A DNA stretch of 40,574 nt, from NCBI GenBank assembly GCA_938044725.1, contig CALIOW010000258.1, positions 1 through 40,574 on the forward strand, written 5' to 3'. Within the stretch, counting starts at the first letter, position 1. Every line of letters begins with the position of its first letter. This DNA is from an uncultured Clostridia bacterium. Its GTDB lineage: Bacteria; Bacillota; Clostridia; UMGS1840. Below are positions 8,797-21,772 of this stretch, one piece after another. The position numbers and the translations under genes were made by a program. The notes beneath the pieces were generated by a model. The model saw nothing but the letters and a program-made list of their open reading frames with translations, was not told the DNA's origin and did no database searches.

Positions 8797-9789
8797 TTAT
8801 AATCCGTATTTTTCTATAAGCGCGTTGTGTTCATCGTTTGTTTTTGAAAAGTGAGTTGTTCCGTTTTTATCCACAAAGAAAAACAGATATTCCGTTTCAT
8901 CGGGATAGAGCGCCGCTTCTATCGCCGTTATTCCGGGCGATGAAATGGCGGCAGGCGGCAAACCCTTTACAATATACGTATTGTAGGGTGATTTGATTTT
9001 TACATCATCAAGCGACAAAACGCTCTTTCTTTCCTCCAAAATATACTGGACGGTTGCGCATGATTCAAGCTTCATTCCCGTTTTTAATCTGTTATGAAAA
9101 ACGGAGGAAACCGTCTTAAAATCAGCGGCATTATTCGCTTCACGTTCGATTATAGACGCTAAAATCACTGCTTCGTTTACCGTCATATCAAGCTCTTTGC
9201 ACCTGTCGGTATATTCAGAAAGCCAATGCGCTTTAAAGTTTGAAGTCATAACCTTTATAACATCATCGCTCGGCGTATTTTTATAAAAATTATACGTATC
9301 GGGAAAAAGATAACCGCTCAAGCCCCCTGCCGAACCGTCAATGACAGTGCCGTCGTCAAGTGTAAAGCTTGTATGCTTTAATGCGGCATTAAACTCGTCC
9401 TCGCTCGATATAATATCGTTTGAAAAAAGTCTGTCGGAAATTTCTCGGTTTTCAAAGCCTTCGGGGATTGTAACCGTTATCTGCGAATCTGACGCTTTTT
9501 CGACAGCGTTCAAAATTTCCTTATATGACATTGAAGAATTTACCGTAACGGTACCGGGATTGATTTTTATATCCGCACCGCCTATTTTGCAAAAAGCGTT
9601 GAAAAGATATTTGCTTATAACGATATGCTCGTCCTGAAGCTTTGAAGCGATTGCGGAAATTCCGTCGCCTTCGCCTATCGTAACGGAAACGTTTTTATCC
9701 GAGCCGTAAAGTCCGAAAAAATCCGCCAAAATGACAGCAAAGACAATCAAAACCAAAGTATTGAAAATGCGCACAAATCTCTTTACCAT
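8797..9789 (-). CDS. mltG: Endolytic murein transglycosylase MltG (YceG-like)
   Basis: N-terminal TM anchor plus a YceG-like domain with the LPPAAISSPG motif. 330 aa. Confidence 0.85.
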   Translation of the reverse strand: MVKRFVRIFNTLVLIVFAVILADFFGLYGSDKNVSVTIGEGDGISAIASKLQDEHIVISKYLFNAFCKIGGADIKINPGTVTVNSSMSYKEILNAVEKASDSQITVTIPEGFENREISDRLFSNDIISSEDEFNAALKHTSFTLDDGTVIDGSAGGLSGYLFPDTYNFYKNTPSDDVIKVMTSNFKAHWLSEYTDRCKELDMTVNEAVILASIIEREANNAADFKTVSSVFHNRLKTGMKLESCATVQYILEERKSVLSLDDVKIKSPYNTYIVKGLPPAAISSPGITAIEAALYPDETEYLFFFVDKNGTTHFSKTNDEHNALIEKYGL

Positions 9790-10523
9790 TTGTTTATTTT
9801 CCTCCTTAAACCTCTTAAATACAAAATAAAAAGTATTTCAAAAACGCATGAAAGCGCCCCAAGCGGCACAAAATAATTATTTAAAAGCTCGTTTACGCTT
9901 TCAAGCATTGTAAGCTTTTGCAGTATGACGCCAGAAATATTAAAGGCAAAATGAAAAATCATTGCATATATAAGCGGAAATCCCTCATAAACAATACACG
10001 AAAGTATCATGCCGACAACCGTAAGCGGAACAAACGAATATAAATCCAAATGACTTATCCCGAAAATCAGCGCCGTAAAAAATACCGCTCGCATTTTGCC
10101 GTATTTTGAAAATTTATCATAAGTGAATTTTCTAAACAAAACCTCTTCCGTTACCGCAGGCATTAAGCAAACCGCAATTATATAACCCAACACTCCGATA
10201 CCTTCGGGAAGCGAAAAGCCTTTTGGGGCGGGGATATTCGTATTTTCCAAAAAATAAACGGGGAAAAAATTCAAAAACGAACCCGAAATCTGCATAAGCA
10301 TTCCCGACATTAGCGAAAGAACAGCCAAAACTGGAGATTTTGCTTTTAAATCCGATTTTGATATGTATTTCTCACCTTTTATTTTATAATACACAAAAAC
10401 AGGAAGAAAAACACCGAAAATCTGCTGAAGCGCTATATTTAAGTTTTGATAATCGGACGCAAAATATGCAATCGTTCTTTGTACCGAAAATAAAAGCGCA
10501 TATATAACTATAACAGCAATCAT
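9783..10523 (-). CDS. CPBP-family intramembrane glutamic endopeptidase (CAAX protease-like)
   Basis: Polytopic protein with the three CPBP motifs: EEVLFRK, FGISH and HFAFN. Confidence 0.85.
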   Translation of the reverse strand: MIAVIVIYALLFSVQRTIAYFASDYQNLNIALQQIFGVFLPVFVYYKIKGEKYISKSDLKAKSPVLAVLSLMSGMLMQISGSFLNFFPVYFLENTNIPAPKGFSLPEGIGVLGYIIAVCLMPAVTEEVLFRKFTYDKFSKYGKMRAVFFTALIFGISHLDLYSFVPLTVVGMILSCIVYEGFPLIYAMIFHFAFNISGVILQKLTMLESVNELLNNYFVPLGALSCVFEILFILYLRGLRRKINKW

Positions 10524-11062
10524 ATTTTTAATTCTCCGTTTTGCGTAAATACTGTCTCAACTTTTCTGTCGAATTTTTCATGAGGCAAGCTATCGCACAG
10601 AAGTTCGGAGAAAATCAAAGAAACCGTTTTCCCTCTATAATTTTCCAAAAATCTGTCATAGTAGCCGCCGCCATAGCCCAATCTAAATTTTTCGCCGTCT
10701 ATTGCAAGAGCAGGCACGACGATTAAGTCAATCGTGTTTGAGTAAACCTCACCTATCGGTTCATAAATCCCGTAAGCGCCTTTTATGAAGCCTTTTTTAG
10801 TATACAAAACAGGAAGTATTTCATCTCTCGCAATGTCTGTTTTAGGAAAAAGCGCTGCTTTTTTATCACTCAAAATTTTTTCAAAAAGAAAAAGCGTGTT
10901 AAATTCGTTTTTCAAGGGATAGTACAGCATTATGCTTTTTGCGTTTTTGTATAAATCGGACTTAACGAAATACTCTGTTGCGCTAAAGCTTTTAGCACGC
11001 TTATCTTCAATATTTTTCCGAATGGCAGAAAACGTTTTCCTGCATTCTTTCTTATCGTTCAT
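10520..11062 (-). CDS. 5-formyltetrahydrofolate cyclo-ligase
   Basis: 180 aa with the C-terminal GYGGGYYDRFL signature. Confidence 0.85.
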   Translation of the reverse strand: MNDKKECRKTFSAIRKNIEDKRAKSFSATEYFVKSDLYKNAKSIMLYYPLKNEFNTLFLFEKILSDKKAALFPKTDIARDEILPVLYTKKGFIKGAYGIYEPIGEVYSNTIDLIVVPALAIDGEKFRLGYGGGYYDRFLENYRGKTVSLIFSELLCDSLPHEKFDRKVETVFTQNGELKI

Positions 11063-11943
11063 TAGAAATCACCGATTCCGAAGCTTTTTATTCGGCTCGG
11101 GTTATTCCGCCAGTCGGGAGTAACCTTTATCCATAAGTCCAAAAATACCTTTTTGCCGTATTTGCGTTCGAGTTCTTCACGTGCATACGTTCCGATTTTT
11201 TTAATTAAGCTTCCGTTTTTGCCTATAATTATTTTTTTATGGCTTTCCTTTTCGCAGTAAATATTAACGGCGCATTTTATAAGTCCGTCCGTCTCTTCAT
11301 ACGTAACAGTGCTTACGGCAACGCCGTGCGGAATTTCTTCATCTATCAGCTTAAGCATTTTTTCACGCACAAGCTCACAGATATAATTGGGTTTATCGGT
11401 ATCGGTTTTCATATCCTCGGGATAATAGAACGGTCCCTCCGTAAGATATCCCCTAAGTATTTCCTTAAGCGTTTTTATATTATCTTTTTTGAGCGCAGAT
11501 ACGGGAACAACCTCCAAAAAATCATAAAGCTTTGTATATTCGGCAATCACGGGAAGAAGCTCCGCTTTTTTTACCGTATCTGTTTTGTTTATTATAAGTA
11601 TCGCTCTTACTTTTCCTTTTTTAAAATTGTTTATAATCGCTTTTTCCGTATCGCCCGGCATTCTCGGCTCGGCAACAAGAAGCGAAATATCGCAGTCCGA
11701 AACGGTATTTTCGGCGCAAGCCGTCATTTTCTCCGACATTTTCGTTTTCGGTTTATGGATTCCGGGGGTGTCGGTAAAAACAAACTGACAATCCCCCTCT
11801 GTCAAAATTCCCGTTATACGGCTTCTTGTTGTCTGCGGTTTATACGAAACAATCGCTATTTTTTCACCCATAAGGGCATTTAAAAGTGTGGATTTTCCCG
11901 TGTTCGGTCTGCCCGTTATGGCAATAAAGCCTGATTTTGTCAT
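11062..11943 (-). CDS. era: GTPase Era
   Basis: G1 GRPNTGKST, G3 DTPG and G4 NKTD motifs, plus a C-terminal KH domain. 293 aa. Confidence 0.95.
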   Translation of the reverse strand: MTKSGFIAITGRPNTGKSTLLNALMGEKIAIVSYKPQTTRSRITGILTEGDCQFVFTDTPGIHKPKTKMSEKMTACAENTVSDCDISLLVAEPRMPGDTEKAIINNFKKGKVRAILIINKTDTVKKAELLPVIAEYTKLYDFLEVVPVSALKKDNIKTLKEILRGYLTEGPFYYPEDMKTDTDKPNYICELVREKMLKLIDEEIPHGVAVSTVTYEETDGLIKCAVNIYCEKESHKKIIIGKNGSLIKKIGTYAREELERKYGKKVFLDLWIKVTPDWRNNPSRIKSFGIGDF

Positions 11944-11945
11944 AA

Positions 11946-13862
11946 TTATTTAATAACCTTTTCCTTATCTTCTTTTACAAGCTCCGCTATAAATTCACCC
12001 AAATTCTTGGTACCTGCGTCGCCCTCTTTTCTTGCACGGACGGAAACGGTTCCCTCCTGCTCTTCTTTCTCGCCCACTATAACCATGTACGGAATTTTTT
12101 CAAGCTGTGCTTCTCTTATCTTGTAACCGATTTTTTCGGCTCTCGAATCAACCTCTGCTCTTAAGCCTGCCGCACGCATATCAGCCTGTACTTTCTTTGC
12201 ATAATCGAGGTAATTGTCCGAAATGGGAAGTATTCTTACCTGTTCGGGCGACAGCCAAAGCGGAAATGCTCCCGCATATTTTTCTATAAGAAGCGCAAGC
12301 GTTCTTTCGTAACAGCCGATTGAGGTTCTGTGAATTATATAAGGATTCTTCTTCGAGCCGTCCTTGTCGGTATATTCCATTCCGAAATTTTCGGCAAGCA
12401 TCTGGTCAATCTGAATTGTTATAAGCGTATCTTCTTTTCCGTGAACGTTCTTTATTTGAATATCAAGCTTCGGTCCGTAGAATGCCGCCTCGCCTATACC
12501 TATTTTATATTCTATTCCCAAATGGTCGAGAATTTTCTTCATTGTACCCTGTGCTTCGTCCCATTGTTCGGGTGTGCCTATATATTTTTCTCTGTCATCG
12601 GGATCCCATTGTGAGAAACGGTATGAAACATCTTCGTAAAGACCCAAGGTTTTAAGCATATATATAGCCATTTCAAGGCAGCTCTTAAACTCCTGCTCAA
12701 GCTGTTCGGGAGTACACATAAGATGTCCTTCTGAAATTGTAAACTGTCTTACGCGGATAAGTCCGTGCATTTCGCCCGACGCTTCATTTCTGAAAAGCGT
12801 TGAAGTTTCGCCGTAGCGGAGCGGCAAATCTCTGTACGAACGGCCTCTGTTGAGATATGCCTGATACTGGAACGGGCAAGTCATGGGGCGAAGTGCGAAA
12901 ACTTCTTTATCGTCGGGGTCGCCCATAACAAACATAGAATCAAGATAATGATCCCAATGACCCGAAAGCTTATAAAGGTCGCTTTTTGCCATATACGGAG
13001 TTTTTGTACGGAGCCAGCCGTGCGCTTCCTCGGTATCTTCAACAAATCTCTGCATTATCTGAAGAATTTTTGCGCCCTTGGGAAGCATAATCGGAAGTCC
13101 CTGACCGATAATATCCGCCGTTGTGAAAATTTCAAGCTCACGTCCAAGCTTATTGTGGTCTCTCTTTTTCGCTTCTTCTATTCTTTCAAGATGCTCTTTC
13201 AATTCGTCCTTTATCGGGAATGAAATACCGTAGATTCGTGTAAGCATCTTGTTTTTTTCGTTTCCTCTCCAATATGCGCCCGTTACGCTGAGTAATTTAA
13301 ATGCTTTTATCGCGCCCGTAAACGTAAGATGAGGTCCTGCGCACAAATCGGTAAAACCGCCCTGGTCATAGAAGGATATTTCCTCACCGTCGGGAAGGTC
13401 GTTTATAAGCTCGATTTTATACGGCTCGTCCTTCATTTTATCAAGCGCTTCGGCTTTGGGAAGTACAAATCTTTCAAGTCTGTTATTCTGTTTTATAATT
13501 TTTTTCATTTCGGCTTCTATTGCCGCCAAATCCTCATTTGCAAATCCGCCATCACGGTCAAAATCATAATAAAAACCGCTGTCCGTTGCAGGTCCTATCG
13601 CAAGCTTTACGTCTCCGAAAAGATTTTTAACCGCCTGTGCCATTACATGAGAGGTTGTGTGCCAATATGTCTTTTTGCCCTCTTCGTCCGAAAAGTAATA
13701 AATTTCTATTTCATCGCCGCCCGAAACATTTTCGGCCATTCCCTTTGTATGACCGTTTATTCCAAACGCAAGAGCTCCCTTTAATATATCGGGGTTTTGT
13801 TCCTTAACCGCTTCAAAAGCGGATTTTTCTCCCTCAAAATCATTTAATTTAATGCTTACCAT
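11946..13862 (-). CDS. thrS: Threonine--tRNA ligase
   Basis: 638 aa: TGS domain, editing domain (HTTSHVMAQA), class II core and anticodon-binding domain. It starts only 62 nt downstream of sigA. Confidence 0.95.
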   Translation of the reverse strand: MVSIKLNDFEGEKSAFEAVKEQNPDILKGALAFGINGHTKGMAENVSGGDEIEIYYFSDEEGKKTYWHTTSHVMAQAVKNLFGDVKLAIGPATDSGFYYDFDRDGGFANEDLAAIEAEMKKIIKQNNRLERFVLPKAEALDKMKDEPYKIELINDLPDGEEISFYDQGGFTDLCAGPHLTFTGAIKAFKLLSVTGAYWRGNEKNKMLTRIYGISFPIKDELKEHLERIEEAKKRDHNKLGRELEIFTTADIIGQGLPIMLPKGAKILQIMQRFVEDTEEAHGWLRTKTPYMAKSDLYKLSGHWDHYLDSMFVMGDPDDKEVFALRPMTCPFQYQAYLNRGRSYRDLPLRYGETSTLFRNEASGEMHGLIRVRQFTISEGHLMCTPEQLEQEFKSCLEMAIYMLKTLGLYEDVSYRFSQWDPDDREKYIGTPEQWDEAQGTMKKILDHLGIEYKIGIGEAAFYGPKLDIQIKNVHGKEDTLITIQIDQMLAENFGMEYTDKDGSKKNPYIIHRTSIGCYERTLALLIEKYAGAFPLWLSPEQVRILPISDNYLDYAKKVQADMRAAGLRAEVDSRAEKIGYKIREAQLEKIPYMVIVGEKEEQEGTVSVRARKEGDAGTKNLGEFIAELVKEDKEKVIK

Positions 13863-13924
13863 TTTATTTCATATCCTTTCATCTTATATATTCATATGTA
13901 TTTACAAAAAGCCGAAATGTTCTT

Positions 13925-15013
13925 TTAATCAAGATAGTCTTTCAGCTTCTTGCTTCTTGACGGATGTCTTAACTTTCTTAAAGCCTTTGCTTCAATCTGT
14001 CTTATTCTTTCTCTTGTTACGTCGAATTCTTTTCCGACTTCCTCCAGGGTTCTCATACGTCCGTCATCAAGACCGAACCGCAGTCTTAAAACTCTTGCTT
14101 CCCTTGCCGTAAGCGTATCAAGCACATTTTTAAGCTGTTCCCGAAGGAGCATATATGTTGCCGAATCCGCAGGTGCGGGCGAGCTGTCGTCCTGTATAAA
14201 ATCGCCCAAGTGGCTGTCCTCTTCCTCACCGATAGGCGTTTCCAGAGAAACAGGATCCTGTGCAATTTTTTGAATTTCTCTTACTCTTTCCAAGCTCATG
14301 CCAAGCTCTTTTGAAAGCTCCTCGGGGGTAGGTTCTCTGCCATACTCCTGCAGGAGCTGACGCGTGACGCGAAGAAGCTTATTAATCGTTTCTACCATGT
14401 GAACGGGGATTCTTATAGTTCTTGCCTGATCGGCAATAGCTCTCGTTATAGACTGACGAATCCACCAGGTTGCATACGTCGAAAACTTATAACCCTTGCG
14501 GTAGTCGAATTTTTCAACCGCTTTTATAAGTCCGAGATTACCCTCTTGAATCAAGTCCAAAAACAGCATACCTCTTCCGACATAACGCTTTGCGATACTT
14601 ACTACAAGCCTTAAATTTGCCTCCGCAAGCTGACGCTCCGCTTCTTTATCGCCGTTTGCCATTTTTTCGGCAAGCAAAAGTTCGTCCTTTGTTGACAAAA
14701 GCGGCACTTTTCCTATTTCTTTAAGGTACATTCTGACAGGGTCGTCAATAGAAATTCCCTCGGCATTAAGAACCATATTCATTTCATAATCGTCGGGATA
14801 TTCTATTTTTTCTTCCCCTTCAAATTCATCGTCAACACCGACGATTTCTATACCCATCTTTTCAAGCTTTTCATAGATTTTTTCGATATCCGATACGGAT
14901 ATATCGATTTGGTCAAATCTTACGTTAAGCTCATTAAGCGTTATCCTGCCGTTTTTCTTGGCATATTCGATAAGCTCTTTAATAATCTGTTTTTTTGTTA
15001 CGCCTTCAGTCAT
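13925..15013 (-). CDS. sigA: Primary RNA polymerase sigma factor SigA/RpoD
   Basis: Region 2 ([27 protein letters not shown]), region 3 and region 4 ([30 protein letters not shown]). Confidence 0.95.
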   Translation of the reverse strand: MTEGVTKKQIIKELIEYAKKNGRITLNELNVRFDQIDISVSDIEKIYEKLEKMGIEIVGVDDEFEGEEKIEYPDDYEMNMVLNAEGISIDDPVRMYLKEIGKVPLLSTKDELLLAEKMANGDKEAERQLAEANLRLVVSIAKRYVGRGMLFLDLIQEGNLGLIKAVEKFDYRKGYKFSTYATWWIRQSITRAIADQARTIRIPVHMVETINKLLRVTRQLLQEYGREPTPEELSKELGMSLERVREIQKIAQDPVSLETPIGEEEDSHLGDFIQDDSSPAPADSATYMLLREQLKNVLDTLTAREARVLRLRFGLDDGRMRTLEEVGKEFDVTRERIRQIEAKALRKLRHPSRSKKLKDYLD

Positions 15014-15032
15014 ACCGATTCCCCGTTTCTCT

Positions 15033-16757
15033 TTATTTTACTGTTTTCTTTTGCTGTTTTTCTTTTATTTTGTTTGCGTATTCGAGCAGGTCGGCATCGT
15101 CGCCGTCCATTATCTGCTCCTCACGCTGTTTTTTTTCTCTTTCTTCCCTTACCTTATCGATAAGGCTTGCAAAAAACGATTCAAAATCTCCGACAGGTTC
15201 TTTTTCTATAAAAAGCTTGCCCGCCTCCTTTGCTTCGTCGGAGCTTAATCTGTTGAATATCTGCGATACATCGAATTTTATACCCTCCAAATTAAAATCA
15301 CATATTATATCGTATATTTTTTTGTTAAGCTCGCTTTCAAAATCGTCAATACTTATTTTGTCCTTAATTTTACTGAAATATGACGGATTTTCCGCTATTA
15401 TTTTTATAAGCGTATCCTCCGCGCTTCTTTTCCTTATTATAACAGATTTTTCAAAATTTATTTCTTTATATTTTTCTTCTTTCTTTTTTTTGTCCTCAAC
15501 GTATGCCATAACGGTTTCATAGCTTACGCCCGCAAGCTCCGCCGTTTTTTTGGCATATACCTCAAGCTCAAGACGACCTTGCGTATATTTTAGTATATCC
15601 GCCGCTTTTTTTACATATTCAACTCTTTCATCGTCATCGGTAAAGCCGCCCTCGGGATAAATCCCCATAAGGTCAAACTCAATGCCCGAAAGTGCGCTGT
15701 TAATTGCCTCTTGGTACGCTTCGGGACCGAATTTCTTTATAAGCTCGTCCGGGTCTTTTGCGCCGCTTATTTTAAGAACCTTTACTTTTATTCCGTCTTT
15801 TTTCAAGATTGCCGCCGCCTTTACTGCGGCATTTCTTCCTGCGGCGTCCGAATCGTATGATATAACAACCTTTTGCGTATATCTTTTCAAAAGTCGGGAA
15901 TGTTCGGGGGCAAACGATGTACCCAAAGATGCGACAGCGTTGCCGAAGCCGCCTTGGTAAAGCGCTATAACGTCCATATACCCCTCGGCTAAAATTATAA
16001 AGTCAGTTTTTATATTTTTTGCAATATTAAGGTTAAAAAGATTATACCTTTTTTTAAATACGGGCGTATCACCCGTATTCAGATATTTAGGCATTCCGTC
16101 TCCCAAATCACGTCCGCCGAAAGCAATAAAGTTTCCTCTGACGTCCATAACGGGAAACATAACACGGTTACGAAAAAAATCAAATATTTTACCGTTTTTA
16201 TTTACGCAAAGTCCGCTTTTTACGATTTCATCATCACTGTAACCCTTTGATTTGAGCGTTCTGTACATAAAATCCCATGAATCGGGAGAATACCCGAGAC
16301 CGTATTTAGTTATGGTTTCATCTTTCAAACCGCGGTTTCTCAAATACGAAAGTGCCACAGAGCCTGCGCTCGAATTAAGCATTTTAAAATATGTTTTTCC
16401 CGCAATTTTGTTCATTTCAAAAATACGGTTTTTAAGCCTTGTTTCCGCCGTATCCTCCATATTTTCTTCGGGAACGGCTATACCTGCCCTTTCTGCAAGA
16501 AATCTGACCGTTTCCAAAAAATCAAGATTTTCCGCAGCCTCTATAAAATTTATTACCGTTCCGCCCGCTCCGCAGCCGAAGCAGTAATAAAGCTGTTTAT
16601 CGGAGGAAACATGAAAGGATGGAGTTTTTTCGCTGTGAAACGGACAAAGTCCGACATAGCTTGTACCGCTCTTTTTTAGCGTTGTGTATGACGATATTAC
16701 GTCTACTATATCGTTTTTATCTTTCACATCTTCCAAAAAGCCTTCCGAAAAACGCAT
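15033..16757 (-). CDS. dnaG: DNA primase DnaG
   Basis: CHC2 zinc finger ([13 protein letters not shown]...CFGCGAGG) and Toprim motifs (EGYMDV, DSDAAG). Confidence 0.95.
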   Translation of the reverse strand: MRFSEGFLEDVKDKNDIVDVISSYTTLKKSGTSYVGLCPFHSEKTPSFHVSSDKQLYYCFGCGAGGTVINFIEAAENLDFLETVRFLAERAGIAVPEENMEDTAETRLKNRIFEMNKIAGKTYFKMLNSSAGSVALSYLRNRGLKDETITKYGLGYSPDSWDFMYRTLKSKGYSDDEIVKSGLCVNKNGKIFDFFRNRVMFPVMDVRGNFIAFGGRDLGDGMPKYLNTGDTPVFKKRYNLFNLNIAKNIKTDFIILAEGYMDVIALYQGGFGNAVASLGTSFAPEHSRLLKRYTQKVVISYDSDAAGRNAAVKAAAILKKDGIKVKVLKISGAKDPDELIKKFGPEAYQEAINSALSGIEFDLMGIYPEGGFTDDDERVEYVKKAADILKYTQGRLELEVYAKKTAELAGVSYETVMAYVEDKKKKEEKYKEINFEKSVIIRKRSAEDTLIKIIAENPSYFSKIKDKISIDDFESELNKKIYDIICDFNLEGIKFDVSQIFNRLSSDEAKEAGKLFIEKEPVGDFESFFASLIDKVREEREKKQREEQIMDGDDADLLEYANKIKEKQQKKTVK

Positions 16758-16947
16758 ACAAACACTCCAATCCTTAGATTTTACCTTACAATATTAATAT
16801 TCGACATCTTTTTCATATTTCCTTTTAATAAGGAGAATTTTTTTTAAAATTTATTTTATTTGTAATTTCGCACAATTTTCCGCTTTGTTTTTGATGTATA
16901 TTTTTTTATTTTTTTATTAAAAAACAGTAGATTTTTTATTTGTAATG

Positions 16948-16956
16948 TGTTATAAT
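16948..16956 (+). promoter_or_regulatory. Extended -10 element (TGT-TATAAT) of the soj-spo0J-serS promoter
   Basis: TGTTATAAT at 16948-16956 in an AT-rich divergent intergenic region. The -35 is weak (TAGATT). Confidence 0.45.
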
Positions 16957-16986
16957 AGACTTTGCAAAAATATTTTGCCAATGAAT

Positions 16987-17002
16987 TGTTCCACGTGGAA
17001 CA
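16987..17002. promoter_or_regulatory. parS: parS centromere-like site (ParB/Spo0J binding)
   Basis: TGTTCCACGTGGAACA is a perfect 16-bp palindrome. It differs at one position from the B. subtilis parS consensus TGTTNCACGTGAAACA and lies 20 nt upstream of the soj start. Confidence 0.85.
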
Positions 17003-17021
17003 AACGGAAAAGGGTGAATAT

Positions 17022-17786
17022 ATGGGAAAAATAATAGCGCTGGCAAATCAGAAAGGCGGCGTAGGTAAAACAACGTCGGCAATCAACATAGCCGCATGCC
17101 TGGGAAGCTTGGGAAAGAATGTTCTTCTTATAGACGCAGACCCGCAGGGCAATGCTACAAGCGGAGTAGGCATTGCAAAAGAAAATATAAAGAAATCCTT
17201 TTATGATTGTCTTATAGGAAACGAAAAAATCAAAAATGCTTCCGTAAAAACAGACTTTCAAGGACTTTCGATATGCCCCTGCAACATAGAGCTTGCGGGC
17301 GCAGAGGTTGAGCTTGTGGGGTTTTCGGACAGAGAATTTCAATTTTCAAAATCCTTAAAGGATATACGAAACGAATATGATTTTATAATCATAGACTGTC
17401 CTCCGTCTTTGGGACTTATAACAATAAATATTCTTTCGGGGTGCGACAGCGTTTTGATACCGCTTCAGTGTGAATACTTCGCCTTGGAGGGCTTAAGCCA
17501 GCTTATGAACACAGTCAAAAAAATAAAAGCCTCCTATAATCAGAATCTGTCGATAGAAGGAGTTATTCTTACAATGTTCGACGGAAGAACAAATTTAACG
17601 ATACAGGTCGCGGGCGAAATAAAGAAATATTTCGGAGATAAGGTTTTTAATACTCCCGTTCCGAGAAGTGTGCGTTTGGGCGAAGCGCCCAGCTACGGAG
17701 AGCCTATCCTCTATTATGACAAGCATTCAAAATGCACGGACGCATACATAAATATTTCAAAAGCGATTATTAATAACAATTCATAA
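17022..17786 (+). CDS. soj: Chromosome partitioning ATPase ParA/Soj
   Basis: Deviant Walker A KGGVGKTT. Start set at ATG 17022 (MGKIIALANQ) with an AAAAGGGTGA RBS; the track start at 16962 would read through parS. Confidence 0.95.
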   Translation: MGKIIALANQKGGVGKTTSAINIAACLGSLGKNVLLIDADPQGNATSGVGIAKENIKKSFYDCLIGNEKIKNASVKTDFQGLSICPCNIELAGAEVELVGFSDREFQFSKSLKDIRNEYDFIIIDCPPSLGLITINILSGCDSVLIPLQCEYFALEGLSQLMNTVKKIKASYNQNLSIEGVILTMFDGRTNLTIQVAGEIKKYFGDKVFNTPVPRSVRLGEAPSYGEPILYYDKHSKCTDAYINISKAIINNNS

Positions 17787-17805
17787 AAACGAAAGGAAGA
17801 TAAAA

Positions 17806-19972
<2,167 letters not shown>

Positions 19973-20053
19973 CATCATAAAAAACCGAAAAATATTTCAA
20001 ATAATATTATGTAAACCAAAATAATAAGAAACTGCGGTTTTTTAGGTTTTTTG

Positions 20054-20098
20054 TTTTCCACAATTCTAAACAGAGTTTTCCACATTTTCTGTGGAAAA
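20054..20098. promoter_or_regulatory. DnaA-box cluster upstream of dnaA (left oriC / dnaA autoregulatory region)
   Basis: TTTTCCACA at 20054-20062 and 20076-20084, and inverted TGTGGAAAA at 20090-20098. The last two form a palindromic pair. Confidence 0.8.
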
Positions 20099-20121
20099 CT
20101 CTAAAAAACGAGGTGATATAG

Positions 20122-21441
20122 TTGTTTTCAGAAGAAAACTTTTTTAATAATTTAGTAGACATAATAAAAAAAGGCGTATCGAACGATATTACATATCTGA
20201 CATGGTTTGATAAGCTTAAATTCAAAGAAATAAAAAATAAAACGGCATATTTTTCCGTGCCGATAGACTATATGAAAGAAACGATAGAGAAAAGATATAA
20301 CGCTCTTTTTAAGGAAGCTGTGGCGGAAGCGTCTCAGGGTGAGCTTATAAATTATGTGATATTTATAGAATCCCAGAAAAGCTCTTCGTTTCTGGAAAAT
20401 TTCAATACTATAGATTATGAATCATGCCTTAATAAAAGATACACGTTTGAAAATTTTGTAATAGGCTCGTCAAACTCATTTGCACACGCGGCGGCTGTGG
20501 CGGTTGCACAGAATCCAGCAGGAAGTTACAATCCCCTTTTTCTGTACGGAGGAGTAGGGCTCGGAAAAACGCATTTGATGCACGCTATCGGAAACAGAAT
20601 AACACAAACATTTTTGGATAAAAAGGTTCTTTATACAACAAGCGAAACATTCACAAACGAATTTATAGAATCGATTAAGACAGGAAAAAACAACGATTTT
20701 AGGGAAAAATTCAGAAATATAGACGTTCTTATGATAGACGACATACAGTTTATAGGCGGTAAGGAAAGAAGCCAGGAGGAATTTTTCCACACGTTTAACC
20801 ATCTTTATCAAAACAACAAACAGATAATAATTTCCTCGGATCGTCCGCCGAAGGAAATCAGCACACTTGAGGACAGGCTCAGAACCCGTTTTGAAGCGGG
20901 ACTTATGTGCGATATAAACGCACCCGATTTTGAAACGAGAATAGCCATATTAATGCGTAAAAAGGAGCAGGAACATATAGATATAGACGATGAGATTGTA
21001 GAGCTTATAGCGAAAAAAATCACATCAAATATAAGAGAGCTTGAGGGTATACTCATAAGAATAATGGCAATAACAAAGCTTTCGGACGAAAAAGTTACAA
21101 AAGATATGGCGGAAGATATTATAAAAGTAATTATAAAAGATAAGAAAAAAGCCAAGCCCGAAATAGAATCCGTAATATTTGAAACGGCAAATTACTTTAA
21201 TTTGGAGCCCTCTTTATTAAAATCAAAATCAAAGAAAAAAGAAATAGCTCTTGCACGTCAAATTGCAATGTATATAGCCAGAAATATGCTTGAGATGTCG
21301 CTTCCTAAAATAGGAGAGGAATTTGGAGGAAGAGACCATTCCACAGTTATGCACAGCATTTCAAAAATTGAAGAAGAGAAAAAGTATGACCAAAACATAC
21401 AAAACGTTATAGAAGAAGTTACATCAGCAGTTATAAATTAA
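20122..21441 (+). CDS. dnaA: Chromosomal replication initiator DnaA
   Basis: AAA+ Walker A GGVGLGKTHL and a domain IV HTH (GRDHSTVMHSISKI). TTG start preceded by a GAGGTGA RBS. Confidence 0.95.
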   Translation: MFSEENFFNNLVDIIKKGVSNDITYLTWFDKLKFKEIKNKTAYFSVPIDYMKETIEKRYNALFKEAVAEASQGELINYVIFIESQKSSSFLENFNTIDYESCLNKRYTFENFVIGSSNSFAHAAAVAVAQNPAGSYNPLFLYGGVGLGKTHLMHAIGNRITQTFLDKKVLYTTSETFTNEFIESIKTGKNNDFREKFRNIDVLMIDDIQFIGGKERSQEEFFHTFNHLYQNNKQIIISSDRPPKEISTLEDRLRTRFEAGLMCDINAPDFETRIAILMRKKEQEHIDIDDEIVELIAKKITSNIRELEGILIRIMAITKLSDEKVTKDMAEDIIKVIIKDKKKAKPEIESVIFETANYFNLEPSLLKSKSKKKEIALARQIAMYIARNMLEMSLPKIGEEFGGRDHSTVMHSISKIEEEKKYDQNIQNVIEEVTSAVIN

Positions 21442-21464
21442 GCTAAAATCAAGGGTTTTGAGAC

Positions 21465-21765
21465 TTTTCCACAAGTCTGGGAAAACTCATAAGGAAAAAA
21501 TGTTGATAAAAAATACAGAAAAAAGTTATCAACAAAGTTATAAACATTTCCGCATGGAAAACGTGTTGATAACTCAAAAATAAAGTTTAACCTATAATTA
21601 TATGTGTGGAAAACCAAAAATATTCCACATTTTATAAAAAAGTTTTCCGGCTTTAAAATAAGCTTGTACCATGCGTTTGCGACACTTTTCAACATTTCCC
21701 CCGCCCCTATATACTAATACTGTTTATATATATTATTTATATATGTATAATAAATAAAGAAAGGA
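21465..21765. other. oriC: oriC (dnaA-dnaN intergenic): DnaA boxes, a GC cluster and an AT-rich unwinding element
   Basis: TTTTCCACA 21465-21473; TGTGGAAAA 21605-21613; TATTCCACA 21621-21629. Several TTATCAACA/TGTTGATAA boxes lie near 21501, 21536 and 21565. TTTTCAACA 21686-21694 is followed by CCCCCGCCCC 21698-21707 and about 55 nt of nearly pure A/T (21708-21765). Confidence 0.85.
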
Positions 21766-21772
21766 TAAAAAT

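Noticed and set aside
11165-11180. A second parS-like sequence (TTCTTCACGTGCATAC) inside era.
   Set aside because: Only the central CACGTG and a few left-arm bases match. The right arm does not, and the site is within coding sequence.
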